Positions 1 to 10,277 of a stretch of DNA of 64,000 nucleotides are shown in pieces. Position 1 is the stretch's first letter. Every line of letters starts with the position of its first letter. Under the pieces are notes generated by a model. That model ran no database searches, was not told the origin of the DNA, and saw only the letters and a program-made list of their open reading frames with translations. The stretch is taken from NCBI GenBank assembly GCA_965248055.1, contig CBDFIJ010000004.1, forward strand, positions 384,001 through 448,000, read 5' to 3'. A program made the position numbers and the translations under genes. The stretch comes from Candidatus Multivoradales bacterium (lineage in GTDB: Bacteria; Acidobacteriota; Thermoanaerobaculia; Multivoradales; JAHEKO01).

Positions 1-1472
1 ATTTCGATTGCAGGGGTGCGGCGGTCTCGCCTCTTTAGTACCTTCCAATCGTGGGCTTGACTCTTAGCCGCTGGCCGAATCAGCTCTCCCAATGGGTGCA
101 AGCCAGGACCATCAATAGAAATGTCCGTATGGGCTGGGCGTTTGCCTGTATGGTGTGGGATGGTCAATGCCTCACCCGCTTCGATCTTGCTCCACAAGGT
201 TCGCACGTTCTCAACTGCATGAGTCGGCCACGGGACACCGTCCAGTGATCTGAAATACACATTGTGGTGTCCACCCCGCAAGCTGCACTCATAACCAAGT
301 AGTGTCACGAAGTCGCCTGGCGCATGGAAGTCCTGAACAGTTTGGCGAAGGTGCAACCATTCCTCTGGTGTAACCCCGTCTCGTGTGTAGTGTCGAGGTC
401 TCGGGTCGTCATCGGCATGTTCAGTCGAAGCGTAGAAGTCGAGATGGGAGATATCTCTGGCATAGGCGAAATCACCCTTACCAATCCCATCTTTGCTAAT
501 GCGGGAATGACTGTGTAGGTCACCCCAATAGATTTGCTTTGCGCGCCGCTCATTGCTAACCCAAATCGGATTGCCCTCGACAACCGTCGATTCTTCCCCA
601 GCTCCTCCAATCGGTTTCGCTAGCACCAAGTGAGGCCAATAGAAACCGGCCTCTTTGGGCTTCCACACTGTCGTCCCTTGCCCACCCCTTAGTCGAATGG
701 TGAGTACCTTGTCGACCCCGCCTACTTTCGCGGTTCCCCGGTAAGAGGAGGCGACATTGTCAAACCGATCGAGAGCAGTAGCGTGGAGTTCAATAGCCTC
801 TCCAACCTGGGTGTTCGTCCGCGTCGTCAATCTGAGGGTCTCAGCTCGTCCAGGCTGAATTTCGTAGCCCGCTCGATGCAGTTTCCAGGAACCAGCACCA
901 GCATCGATCGCGACCAATATTTCGTCACTCCCGGCGATGTATGGAGCCGTAGTCTGCAACAAAGAGACCGAAATACGACTTCCTCGCGAAAGGAGTTCTA
1001 CCGCTCGAATCTCAAACAGGTTTCTGAATCGCTCATGCTTGCCATTCAAACCAAACTGATCCCAACTCAACATCAGCTTGGCAGCTGGTTCCACCGCCAC
1101 ATAGTGCGGTAAATTCGAGTCGTCTGATTGCAGCGGCTTGTTGCGCGGCCACGGGTGGGGAAACCAGGATTTTGGAAACTCCACCAGAACTCGTCCGTCG
1201 ACGCCAAGTCCATCGCTAAGCTTGATGTTCAGTGAATAGTCACCAACTGCAGCAACAACCGCGGTCTTGGGACTGATGTAGACCCGCCCCCGCGGCGCAG
1301 CATCAAACGCCTCAACGACCGGATCTAGGTTGCGAATTCCGTGAAAATTTGAAGTCAGTGCGGGCGGAGGAGGTTCGCTTTGCCCACACCCCCACACCAA
1401 GGCACACACCGCTAGCTGAACCAGCTTTTTCGTGAAACGCCTTGTGGCAGGTTGTTGAAAATTCCTATGCAC
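1..1472 (-). CDS. DUF3604 / PHP-like metallohydrolase, possible lipoprotein (3' end outside window)
   Basis: Manual translation gives an open frame from GTG 1472 to the edge (absent from the ORF track because it has no stop). Motifs IYWGDLHSHS, LDFYASTEH, FVTLLGYE, GHHNVYF, LTIPHH; N-terminal ALVWGC lipobox-like. Confidence 0.75.
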   Translation of the reverse strand, partial: MHRNFQQPATRRFTKKLVQLAVCALVWGCGQSEPPPPALTSNFHGIRNLDPVVEAFDAAPRGRVYISPKTAVVAAVGDYSLNIKLSDGLGVDGRVLVEFPKSWFPHPWPRNKPLQSDDSNLPHYVAVEPAAKLMLSWDQFGLNGKHERFRNLFEIRAVELLSRGSRISVSLLQTTAPYIAGSDEILVAIDAGAGSWKLHRAGYEIQPGRAETLRLTTRTNTQVGEAIELHATALDRFDNVASSYRGTAKVGGVDKVLTIRLRGGQGTTVWKPKEAGFYWPHLVLAKPIGGAGEESTVVEGNPIWVSNERRAKQIYWGDLHSHSRISKDGIGKGDFAYARDISHLDFYASTEHADDDPRPRHYTRDGVTPEEWLHLRQTVQDFHAPGDFVTLLGYECSLRGGHHNVYFRSLDGVPWPTHAVENVRTLWSKIEAGEALTIPHHTGKRPAHTDISIDGPGLHPLGELIRPAAKSQAHDWKVLKRRDRRTPAIE

Positions 1473-1579
1473 GTTCCCTTTTCCGCGATCGCTCACAACC
1501 TAACATTTTGACTCTCGAGAGTGGTCGGAGTTGCTGTTAGATTTCGATCTAAAGTTTATCGTCACCTGATCCCACTGAA

Positions 1580-3214
1580 CTACCCGGAGCAGGTAGTCCG
1601 AAACGCGACGCGATCAGGGTGGCGCCTGCAGTAGCTCTCCAAGACCACCGAGCCGTCTTCTAATTCCTCAACCCAAAGAAGCCTGCGCATCGGGCCCGAT
1701 CTATGAAAGTTTCGTATCTGGACACGAACGCTCGGGCGGCGGCACCGTTTCCTCGGCCCGAAGGCCTCGAGCGCGGTGTCTCGATAGTGGCGCGACGGAC
1801 CGCCGCCATCTCGGTAGGCCCAGAGCCGTTCTGACAAGCCCTTAGGGAATTCCTGCGACAATCGAGCTGTCAGTTCCCATTGGCTTGCTGGCCCAAGACT
1901 ACGAACCACAGAAGGTATCACCGCCACCGTGATCTGCTCTGAGGCTGCAACGGTACTCTCAAGACACGCTCCCAGCCTTCTAACCCGGTTTGCTTCTTCA
2001 ACTCCGCGCTGGACGTCAGCGACCGCTGTTGCTCCCGCCGTGAAACCCAGCACGGCAAACGCCAACCAACGCAACTGAGATACCGGTACGCGCAGGACAA
2101 GGTAAACCACAAGAGCCGCAAGAATTGGTAGTGCTGGTAGACCAAATCGTGAGGCCATTCCGTCTTCTGGATTCCAGGGAAACTCTCCAGCGACAACCGC
2201 TGGCACCAACGCAGCAACAACGCCAAGCACAAGCGCTAATCCGGTCGACCACCTATGTTGCCCGGAGAGATCCGCAGACCCGACACGATATGTACCCCAA
2301 GCAGCCAACAATCCCACCAGAGCCCCAAACAAAATCGCGACAGTTAGGCCGGTCTCAGCCTGCAACAACCTAGTGGCCGCGCTCACAAAGCCCCCCACCA
2401 ACCCCTGGTAGAGGGCTCGCGGAAGAACAGACACTGTCCCGTCAAATGCCTTCTGCAGGTCGAGAAAACGATCAGGATTGAGCAACTGTCTCGCTTCAGC
2501 CGAATCAAAGTCCGCGATTCTCAAGTAGATCCAATAAACACCGAGGGCGGTGGCCGCAACACTGCTCGCAGCGATCAGGACTCTCTTTCGTGTTTCCCCA
2601 TCTCTAAACCGCTGCCATTGATGCAGCGCTAGCACGGTACCTCCTGCTGCCACTGCGACCGCATACTCCTGCATCAATACACCCATTGCGATCATGCTTA
2701 GGCCCAAGAACAGCACGAGGTACGCACGCAAGCCAGATGACTCGATAAACCGCAAAACCAAGAGAACGCCCCCATAGCCGAGAACGACCGATATCAACGA
2801 GGCCAGGGCTATGTTCGCGGTCACCATTTGCACGTGGGTGACAAACGGCGCAACGGTCAAGAGCGCCACTACGCCAGCGTATTGGCTGGTCGCCGGGAAC
2901 AAGCGGCGCCAAAAAAGAGCGGCTTGCAGCGCCAGTACCGGCCACAGGATCAATTGAGCAAGAAACGCGTTTCTCCAGAAACCATCAAGGGTCGGCGCGA
3001 GTAGCCGCCAAAACCAAACCGTGATCGCCCTCTCTGGATGGCTCGGCAAAATGGCGTCGAGCCCGTCTTCCTCAAGAAGAAGCCAAAGCCAGCCATCGTC
3101 CCAGATGGGAAAGAGCTTGCGGGCCCCAAAAGAGAAAATCGCACATACAGCAAGAACCGCCACTACAGAAGAGCCCAACCGGATCCGCGGAACCCATGTT
3201 GAAGAATACGTCAT
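1580..3214 (-). CDS. Polytopic membrane protein, possibly GT-C-like glycosyltransferase
   Basis: About 11-12 hydrophobic segments, WDDG acidic motif after the first TM, soluble C-terminal tail. Confidence 0.5.
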   Translation of the reverse strand: MTYSSTWVPRIRLGSSVVAVLAVCAIFSFGARKLFPIWDDGWLWLLLEEDGLDAILPSHPERAITVWFWRLLAPTLDGFWRNAFLAQLILWPVLALQAALFWRRLFPATSQYAGVVALLTVAPFVTHVQMVTANIALASLISVVLGYGGVLLVLRFIESSGLRAYLVLFLGLSMIAMGVLMQEYAVAVAAGGTVLALHQWQRFRDGETRKRVLIAASSVAATALGVYWIYLRIADFDSAEARQLLNPDRFLDLQKAFDGTVSVLPRALYQGLVGGFVSAATRLLQAETGLTVAILFGALVGLLAAWGTYRVGSADLSGQHRWSTGLALVLGVVAALVPAVVAGEFPWNPEDGMASRFGLPALPILAALVVYLVLRVPVSQLRWLAFAVLGFTAGATAVADVQRGVEEANRVRRLGACLESTVAASEQITVAVIPSVVRSLGPASQWELTARLSQEFPKGLSERLWAYRDGGGPSRHYRDTALEAFGPRKRCRRPSVRVQIRNFHRSGPMRRLLWVEELEDGSVVLESYCRRHPDRVAFRTTCSG

Positions 3215-3326
3215 TCAAGAAAAGACCCAATTGGTCGATTCTGAGATCTTACTCGAGTGCAACAGAAGCTTGATTGTCACGCCCGTGGAGCGGCGCTCAG
3301 TCAGCAGTCCGTGTTGTAAGCTTAAC

Positions 3327-5822
3327 CTACTGGATGTATCCGAGAGCCTGCAGTTGTTCCAACTGATCCGGACTCAATATCGCGTCTTCCCCGGCATGAA
3401 ACTGGGTGGCTAGGGAGCGATGGGCGCGCCATTGTTCGCGCAGAATTCCTCGATATTTGGCGACCAGATCGGGGTGTTCATCGTTGACCGCCTTGGTGGC
3501 GAATGGGTCGGCTTCAAGATCGTACAACAGCAGGCGCGGAGCCTCGGGGAAATACGGATGCACCGCTCCCCAACGGCCTCCGGCAGGAACCGCGTGGCGA
3601 CCGAGACTGGTATCGCCACCCTCTGCCGTCGGTGCGATCTCCAGCGATGCCCCCCATTTGCCATCGATGATTTCGAGGTTGCCAATCATTTCTCCGGTTG
3701 CCTCATCAACGCGAAACTCGTCCAAGATCACAGGACGAACGTCCATCTCTTCGCCGCGCAGCAACGGGGCCAACGATTGGCCTTGGACCACCGCTGGATG
3801 GGGCAAGCCGACCAGGTCGATCAGCGTCGGCAGAACATCGATCATCGAAACTGGGGTATCAATCACCCGTCCACCCTCGATGGTGCCCGGCCAGGCGATG
3901 AGAAACGGAATCCGGGTGGCATAGGCGTCGAACAAGGCACCCTCCCATTGTGGCGGCTGAGGGTCCATTAAGCCGCGGCCGAATCGAGCGAAGGTCCCCG
4001 CTGGATGCCCGTGATCGGAGCCAATCACTAGAATGGTGTTCTGCCACTCGCCCCTGGCTTTGAGCTCACCGACGAACTGCTCCAAGGTGTGGTCTTGATG
4101 CAACATGGTTTCGTCGTAGAGCCCTTTGCGGGTACCAAAATACCCGGCACGCGGGATGTTGGCTTTGGCGATCGCCTGCTCATAAAAATCAACGATGCTG
4201 GTTTGACCGAACTGCGAAAACGAGGCACGCCACAGCGCGTTCTCCCACCGACCCAACTGTTCAACCTCGGCCTGCGAGACGAAGCTACCTTTGAACGGCG
4301 GCTCAGGGTGGTTCGGCTCGTGGACATCGGTGGTTTGGAAATGAGTCCAAGTCGGACCTCCAGGATACTGCTCGCGAAAGTTCCAGAATTCCTCATGCAG
4401 CACGGTCGAGGAGGTTGAGTGATTCTCCGTTTCCCCATCCCGCATCAGGTCCACGCCCTTGTTGGTACCGACCATCCTGCCGGCATTCGGGTTGGCGATA
4501 AACGAGGAGGTTTGGTAACCGCCGTTGCGGAAATGCTCGGCCATGGTGGTTGCTTGCGGCGGAACGCCGGTGGAATGCACCCCACGACTCAAGCCCCCAA
4601 GTACGCTGTGGTGCAGTGAAGTCATGAATGAGACGGTCGAAGGCTGAGTCCAGGTAGCGTTGGAGTGGGCGCGTGTAAACACCACCGATTCAGCGGCCAA
4701 CTGTTCCAGAAAAGGAGTGGTGGGACGATCGTAGCCAAACAGACTCATCAAGTCGGCGTCGCCACCATCGATTACGTAGAAGATGACGTTGGGCCGAGCG
4801 TCGACGATGGTCGCGTGCGACACCAAGGGGGTACCCCACAGAGCTACCGCGCCCGGGTCAGTGCTCTCCGCTTCTAGGACTAGGTGACTGGCTCCAACCA
4901 CCGACGACAGGTCGATCGATTCCTGTTGCCATGCATTGGCATACTCGACGGTCGCCTCTAACAGGGTCGAAGTGGTGTCGCCTTTGACCGCGCTCACCCG
5001 ATAAGTCACGGATTGGCCGCGATTGACCGAAAGCCCAACATCAAACCGATCGCCCTCGCCAATCTCGACTGGATAGCGAATTTTGGCTGGCGTGTGGGCG
5101 TAAAGTGCCATCCGATGCTCATCGTCGCGAGAAACCGAGGTTTGACCAGTCGCGTCTGGGTAACCCGCCCCCCTCGGCACCAGCGTGACTTCGAGAATTT
5201 CCAGAGATGCCGCTGACGGTGCTGCCAGCATCACTCCCAAACTGCGAATCGTGGCCGGTGCCTCAGCGCCCTCCCTGGGGAGCAACGGAATCGCGTAGGT
5301 CTGGGTGGACCCATCATTGAAGATCGGAGGCGCCCGGTCGGGTGAAGCAAAGAAGTGCATACCAGGAGGTAGGGAGTCCTCTTCGTCCAGGTTGTAAGCC
5401 ACCGTCACTCCAGCGAATCGATCACTCGATCGAGCCTTGACCAACACCGTCTCCCAGGCATCAAACGACAGATCGTCGAGATCGGTGTAAATACCGGCAA
5501 TGAACAACGGAAAGTTGGGGATCGGTGGCCGGTCAAGAGACAACCGCAGCCCATCACTCACCAGGCTGACATCGAGAGTCCCAAGATGAGGCACCTGCGC
5601 TCCAGACATGTGGCGCCACTGCTCCGGTGCATCCTCTAGACGCCAAACAATCGGCTCCAGACTCTGGGCAGCCGCACTTTCTACTTCAGCGCCACCCATA
5701 TCTGCCAAATGACGCAACGACGCTGGTCCTCGGTCGGCTTCAGGTTCTGTTTGCTGACAACCCACCACGACCACAAGCGCCATCCACGAAGCGAGAACGT
5801 TATTCAGTAAAGGTTTCTTCAT
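3327..5822 (-). CDS. Sulfatase-like hydrolase/transferase lipoprotein (alkaline phosphatase superfamily)
   Basis: Lipobox VVVVGC; RPNVIFYVID, WTQPS, DVHEP, SDHG, LYDLEADP, C-terminal LQALGY. Confidence 0.85.
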   Translation of the reverse strand: MKKPLLNNVLASWMALVVVVGCQQTEPEADRGPASLRHLADMGGAEVESAAAQSLEPIVWRLEDAPEQWRHMSGAQVPHLGTLDVSLVSDGLRLSLDRPPIPNFPLFIAGIYTDLDDLSFDAWETVLVKARSSDRFAGVTVAYNLDEEDSLPPGMHFFASPDRAPPIFNDGSTQTYAIPLLPREGAEAPATIRSLGVMLAAPSAASLEILEVTLVPRGAGYPDATGQTSVSRDDEHRMALYAHTPAKIRYPVEIGEGDRFDVGLSVNRGQSVTYRVSAVKGDTTSTLLEATVEYANAWQQESIDLSSVVGASHLVLEAESTDPGAVALWGTPLVSHATIVDARPNVIFYVIDGGDADLMSLFGYDRPTTPFLEQLAAESVVFTRAHSNATWTQPSTVSFMTSLHHSVLGGLSRGVHSTGVPPQATTMAEHFRNGGYQTSSFIANPNAGRMVGTNKGVDLMRDGETENHSTSSTVLHEEFWNFREQYPGGPTWTHFQTTDVHEPNHPEPPFKGSFVSQAEVEQLGRWENALWRASFSQFGQTSIVDFYEQAIAKANIPRAGYFGTRKGLYDETMLHQDHTLEQFVGELKARGEWQNTILVIGSDHGHPAGTFARFGRGLMDPQPPQWEGALFDAYATRIPFLIAWPGTIEGGRVIDTPVSMIDVLPTLIDLVGLPHPAVVQGQSLAPLLRGEEMDVRPVILDEFRVDEATGEMIGNLEIIDGKWGASLEIAPTAEGGDTSLGRHAVPAGGRWGAVHPYFPEAPRLLLYDLEADPFATKAVNDEHPDLVAKYRGILREQWRAHRSLATQFHAGEDAILSPDQLEQLQALGYIQ

Positions 5823-6150
5823 GGCGTCTCTTTGTCAGATCGGGTCGTTGGTTACCAATCACGACCGGAGCGAACTCGGCCCGATTGTGGAGTCAACGAA
5901 AAATCGCGCCAGTTTACCGTGCCGCGAGAACCGACACTAGCAACCAGCAGCGATCACCACCAGCTAATCGGGAAACGGAGCAAGGCCAAACGCAGGCAAA
6001 TGAGATAGCACAGCGTTGACGAACTCAGCTTCCAGATCTGTCAAGCGAAAACCCGTTAGATGACCATCGCCCAAATGGCAACGGCGCGGCCAACGTAGAC
6101 CAGAATCCGGACCACTATAATCAATCCAACAACTGACGAAGGAGTCACAC

Positions 6151-6798
6151 ATGAGCAAGAGTTCAAACCGGTCCGGTGGCTGGATCCTAATCCTGATCAT
6201 TCTCTTGATCCTACTTTTTCTGTTGCTACGCACCTGTCGTCGGACCTCAGGTGAGGACAACGGGAACAACGCTGACGCGCGTGTGGTTTTCGCCACCAGC
6301 CAAACCTTCAACGGCAATCTCGGCAACTTTTCCGGCGCCGATGCCAAGTGCCAAACAGCGGCCCAGAACGCGGGTTTATCGGGCACCTTCAAAGCCTGGA
6401 TAGGTGGTCGCATGGATGACACCGGCAACGGCGGGGGAACGCAGAACGTATCGGAACGCATGGCCCACTCGACCGCGCCGTACAAACTGACAACCGGAAC
6501 CCAAGTCGCCAATGACTGGAATGACCTCACCGATGGATCGCTGGATCACGGCATCGATCGCGATGAAAATGGCAATCCGGTCTCAGGGTCGGTTTGGACC
6601 AATACCAAGACTAATGGCAAAGCCTTCGACCACCGCCGCGACTGTGGCCCGGGATCTTCCCAGGCCGACGTTTGGCGTTCTGCCGATCAGTTTGAATCAG
6701 GACACTTCGGCAACGTTGGCGACACAGGCAGCACTTGGACTTCCAACACCAACACCGCCTGTACCAACTCTTTTCATCTGTACTGCTTCGAACAGTAG
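6151..6798 (+). CDS. DUF1554 / endostatin-like domain protein, membrane anchored
   Basis: N-terminal TM; FATSQTFNGNLG, GADAKCQ, FKAWI, VWT, terminal LYCFEQ; RBS AAGGAG upstream. Confidence 0.75.
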   Translation: MSKSSNRSGGWILILIILLILLFLLLRTCRRTSGEDNGNNADARVVFATSQTFNGNLGNFSGADAKCQTAAQNAGLSGTFKAWIGGRMDDTGNGGGTQNVSERMAHSTAPYKLTTGTQVANDWNDLTDGSLDHGIDRDENGNPVSGSVWTNTKTNGKAFDHRRDCGPGSSQADVWRSADQFESGHFGNVGDTGSTWTSNTNTACTNSFHLYCFEQ

Positions 6799-6850
6799 AG
6801 ACACTGGGTAGTAGAGGTACCGGGCAGTTGAGATCGAGACTCTGCTTGCA

Positions 6851-7364
6851 CTAGCGAACTGCACTCATCTGGTAGACCCAACTCTCGAATCCGGTCGCAT
6901 CGGTCCTCGACCCGGCTCGTACGCCGCCGATTTTTTCCACTGCTCGCTGCGACCGTAAGTTGTCGGGGCCGATCAGGAAGACCACCCGGTCGACAAACTG
7001 ATAGGCGTGGCGCAGCATCAGTTTCTTCATCTCGCCGTTGTAGGCCCCACCCCAATGGGACCGCGCGAGGAATGTCCAACCAATTTCAACTTCGCTCCGG
7101 TCTAGATCGTGGCCGTAAAAACGGGAGGATCCGATCACTCTGTGTGTGCTGTTGTTGATCCCAACCAAGGCTCCACCGGAGGACAAAGACTCCGCAAAGA
7201 ACGAGCGAAACCCCTCTTCTTCACAACCTGTCTTGACCGGGTGCTGTTGCCAAATCAACGGATCCGAGGCGACCCGGTAAAAGGTCTTCAAAGTCTCCAG
7301 CCTGTAGCGGACGCAGTTCGATCCGGGGACCCCGGAGAGTAGGCTGATATTCAAAATAAATCAT
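6851..7364 (-). pseudogene. GNAT (RimJ/RimL-like) acetyltransferase with a +1 frameshift
   Basis: ATG 7364 gives MIYFEYQPTLRGPRIELRPLQAGDFEDL; an extra T in CCTTTTAC (about 7279-7282) shifts into YRVASDPLIWQQHP...EIGWTFL...NLRSQRAVEKIG. Confidence 0.75.
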
Positions 7365-7565
7365 CTCAAAACACTACCTCGGGCCGCGCTTGGGGACCAG
7401 GCGACACTGCCCAGCAAATCGGTCGATCGCGGCAACTCCGCCGCAACGCCTAGATACCCGCACCCTCGCTCCACAGTTTCGCCACTGCCCAACTGCCACC
7501 ATGTGCTAGCGTCCGCCGCCAATACCGGCGACGGTAACGCTTTTGTACCCAAAGAGGAGACAAAT

Positions 7566-8663
7566 ATGAGCGCCCTGGCAACGACCCTCGACCCCACGGG
7601 GATCGCATCGATCGGACTTCACTTTCCACCCCTATCTATGGCGGTCCGAGATCTGGCTCCCCTGCGTGGCGAAGACCCTGACAAGTACACCTACGGCTTG
7701 GGTTGCGACGAGATGTCTCTGTGCCCTCCGGGATACGGGGTGGTCGAGCTGGCGACCGAGGCTGCGCGTCGAGCGATCAAACGCTGGGGAGGTAGCCTCG
7801 ACAGGATCGGCATGCTCGCAGTTGGCACCGAGAGTAGCCTGGATATGAGCCGTCCGCTTTCCGCATGGGTTGCCGACCGGCTCGGGCTGCGCGGCGCGAT
7901 TCGCTCGTATGAGGTCAAACATGCTTGCTATGGAGGCACTCTGGCCTTGCGCCAAGCTGCCGAATGGCGGATGTCAGGGGCTGCCCAAGGTCAAGCGGCA
8001 CTGGTGATCGCCGCGGATGAGGCACTCTACGAACAACAAGACCCTGGCGAACCCACCCAAGGAGCGGGTGCTGTAGCGATGATCGTCGACCAGCCCGAGA
8101 TCGCCACCATCGAGCCTATCTCCCACTCGTGGAGCGAGCCCGCCTTCGATTTTTGGCGACCGGTTGGGGAAAGCTATCCACGAGTCGATGGCCCTCTTTC
8201 CCTGGACTGCTACAAACGCGCAGCCGAGAACTGCTTCAAGTCGCTGGTCGGAGAAGGTGACGCGAAGAAAGTACTTTCTGAACTTGCAGCAATTTGCTTC
8301 CACGTACCGTTCCCCAAAATGGTCAAAAAGGCACTCTTCCAGGTGGGAGAGTGCTTCGGTTGGGACGAAGCGCAAATTGAAAGCATCTTTCGCGACAAGG
8401 TCACCCCCACCATGGCGTGGAATCGACTGTGCGGCAATGCCTATACCGCCAGCCTATGGATCTCGGTTGCTAAGGCCCTCGGCGGCCTGAACATAGGCCA
8501 GCGGATGGCTGCGTTTTCTTACGGGTCCGGATTCGGCGCCGAGCTGCTAGTGCTTGAAGCAGGTCCCGGGGCCGCAGCTGGCGCCTGGCAGGAAGATGTA
8601 ACCCTTGATTTCAAACAGCGCCGACAAATCACCGTGGATGAATACCAAACACTGCGCGGCTAG
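7566..8663 (+). CDS. mvaS: Hydroxymethylglutaryl-CoA synthase family protein
   Basis: GTES, KHACYGGT (catalytic Cys), GEPTQGAGA, CFHVPF, GNAYTAS, FSYGSG; RBS GAGGAG before ATG 7566. Confidence 0.85.
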   Translation: MSALATTLDPTGIASIGLHFPPLSMAVRDLAPLRGEDPDKYTYGLGCDEMSLCPPGYGVVELATEAARRAIKRWGGSLDRIGMLAVGTESSLDMSRPLSAWVADRLGLRGAIRSYEVKHACYGGTLALRQAAEWRMSGAAQGQAALVIAADEALYEQQDPGEPTQGAGAVAMIVDQPEIATIEPISHSWSEPAFDFWRPVGESYPRVDGPLSLDCYKRAAENCFKSLVGEGDAKKVLSELAAICFHVPFPKMVKKALFQVGECFGWDEAQIESIFRDKVTPTMAWNRLCGNAYTASLWISVAKALGGLNIGQRMAAFSYGSGFGAELLVLEAGPGAAAGAWQEDVTLDFKQRRQITVDEYQTLRG

Positions 8664-8846
8664 CCAAAGAAACCTTCGAGATTCGGCACCAAGCAGGTTC
8701 TTCCATCTGTGGCACCTAATTAGCACAGGATTCGCAAAGCCAGGAAATATCCCTGGTCGCAGACAGCCGACACCTGCGCCGCTGCTAAACTGATATCCCT
8801 GAAGAGCAACGACCCAATCTATCAACACTAACCTTTGAGGTTCCCG

Positions 8847-9407
8847 ATGCAAGCCCACATTTTGAAAAGCAAATTCCCCACTCTCACCCTAGGTATCTTG
8901 GCACTGGGCTTCTGCTTGGTGTCTGGCCAGCCCGCTGCGGCGCAGGACACTCCGCTCAAAATCGGCGTGGTTGATCTCGAATTGATTGCTGTTCAATCTC
9001 CCGCTGGGCAGGAGCTCCAAGGCAAGCTGGAACAGTTTCGCACTACTGCCCAAGCTGAAGTAGAGACTCTGGCGGCGCAGGCCCAAGATATTCAGCAGCG
9101 CGCTGCCGACGGCGCCAATTCTCTCTCCCCCGACAGGCTGGCCGAGTTGCAACGGGAGTACGAAGACAAGGGAATTGCGCTACGACGCCTGCAAGAAGAG
9201 AAACAACAGGAAGCGCAGAGACTGCAGCAACAAGGCCTCAAGGACATCGAGACGCAGCTCGAACCGATTTTCAAAGGAATCCGCGATGATGAGGGCTACG
9301 ACCTGATCCTCAACAACGTCCCAGGGGTTGTGGTCCTCGCAGGAGAACGCGCCAACATCACCCAGAAAGTCTTGGATCGCCTCAACGCGGCCGGCTCCAG
9401 CGGATAG
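8847..9407 (+). CDS. skp: OmpH/Skp periplasmic chaperone
   Basis: Signal peptide, KIGVVDL, coiled coil, GYDLIL, NITQKVLDRLN. Confidence 0.85.
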   Translation: MQAHILKSKFPTLTLGILALGFCLVSGQPAAAQDTPLKIGVVDLELIAVQSPAGQELQGKLEQFRTTAQAEVETLAAQAQDIQQRAADGANSLSPDRLAELQREYEDKGIALRRLQEEKQQEAQRLQQQGLKDIETQLEPIFKGIRDDEGYDLILNNVPGVVVLAGERANITQKVLDRLNAAGSSG

Positions 9408-9658
9408 TTGCGGGTGGCGACGTTTAGGCCAGTTAAGTCACCGCTAGATGTCCGACCGTACGACAGCGCACAAACGGCTGACTGGTTTTGACACTGTGAA
9501 GCGGATAACCGTCACCACCCATTAATCGGACATTCATTTGTCTTATAGACGTTTCGATTTCCTCAAACCCCTACCTTGTCAGGTGGCAAGAGGGTCCATC
9601 TAGCTCGACAGCTAGACTCTGCAACCAGCTTGTCGCATCCGGCTGGTCCACAGAACTC

Positions 9659-10270
9659 TTACCCTGTCTTGCGTATCACCCAGGTGGTCATACAACGCTT
9701 GTCCTGCACCACCGTGGTCTTGATCGGGTCGACGAGCTGAGCATCTAACTCTAGGGTGGCGTTGAGCAACAATTCTTCGTCAACCAAGAATCGTTCCGCG
9801 CCGTCCGGCTGGATAAAACGACGGTTGCCGAGCGGCTCACAGCGATCCTTCATACCGATAGTGGATGCCAACCGGGCAAACAACAAGCCCCCCGGTTTGA
9901 GCACCCGATTCATTTCGTCGAGCATTGCCCGGAAGTGGTCCTCGGCGCGGGCAAAATGAAGCACCGCGCTGCTGATCACGACATCCATCGACGCATCAGC
10001 AAAGCTCATAGACTCGACCGGTTCGACGCGGAAATTGGCAGGAGACAATCGAGGTGCGTGGTCAACGGCAAGTTCAACAACCTTCGCGATCGACTCTGGA
10101 TGCTGATCTACAGCGAACACCTGGTAGCCCGATCTCAAGAGATAAATCAGGTTGCGACCCGTGCCGCAACCGGCGTCGAGCACGCACATGTCCGAGGTAA
10201 TGCGACCGCGCAGCAATTGGTCGAACAGGTAGATGTCGAGGCCACCAAACTGCGCTTTCAGATCGAGCAT
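9659..10270 (-). CDS. Class I SAM-dependent methyltransferase
   Basis: VLDAGCGTGRN, DVVISSAVLHF, RVLKPGG; start set at ATG 10270 because the longer ORF overlaps the upstream gene. Confidence 0.85.
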   Translation of the reverse strand: MLDLKAQFGGLDIYLFDQLLRGRITSDMCVLDAGCGTGRNLIYLLRSGYQVFAVDQHPESIAKVVELAVDHAPRLSPANFRVEPVESMSFADASMDVVISSAVLHFARAEDHFRAMLDEMNRVLKPGGLLFARLASTIGMKDRCEPLGNRRFIQPDGAERFLVDEELLLNATLELDAQLVDPIKTTVVQDKRCMTTWVIRKTG

Positions 10271-10277
10271 TTCACTC

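Noticed and set aside
51-1112. Short ORFs listed in the first 1.1 kb
   Set aside because: Explained by the unlisted minus-strand DUF3604-like frame at 1-1472.
1498-1542. attC-like ends (ATCTAAC...GTTAGGT on the minus strand)
   Set aside because: Only about 45 bp, weak internal pairing, no integrase or second clear site.
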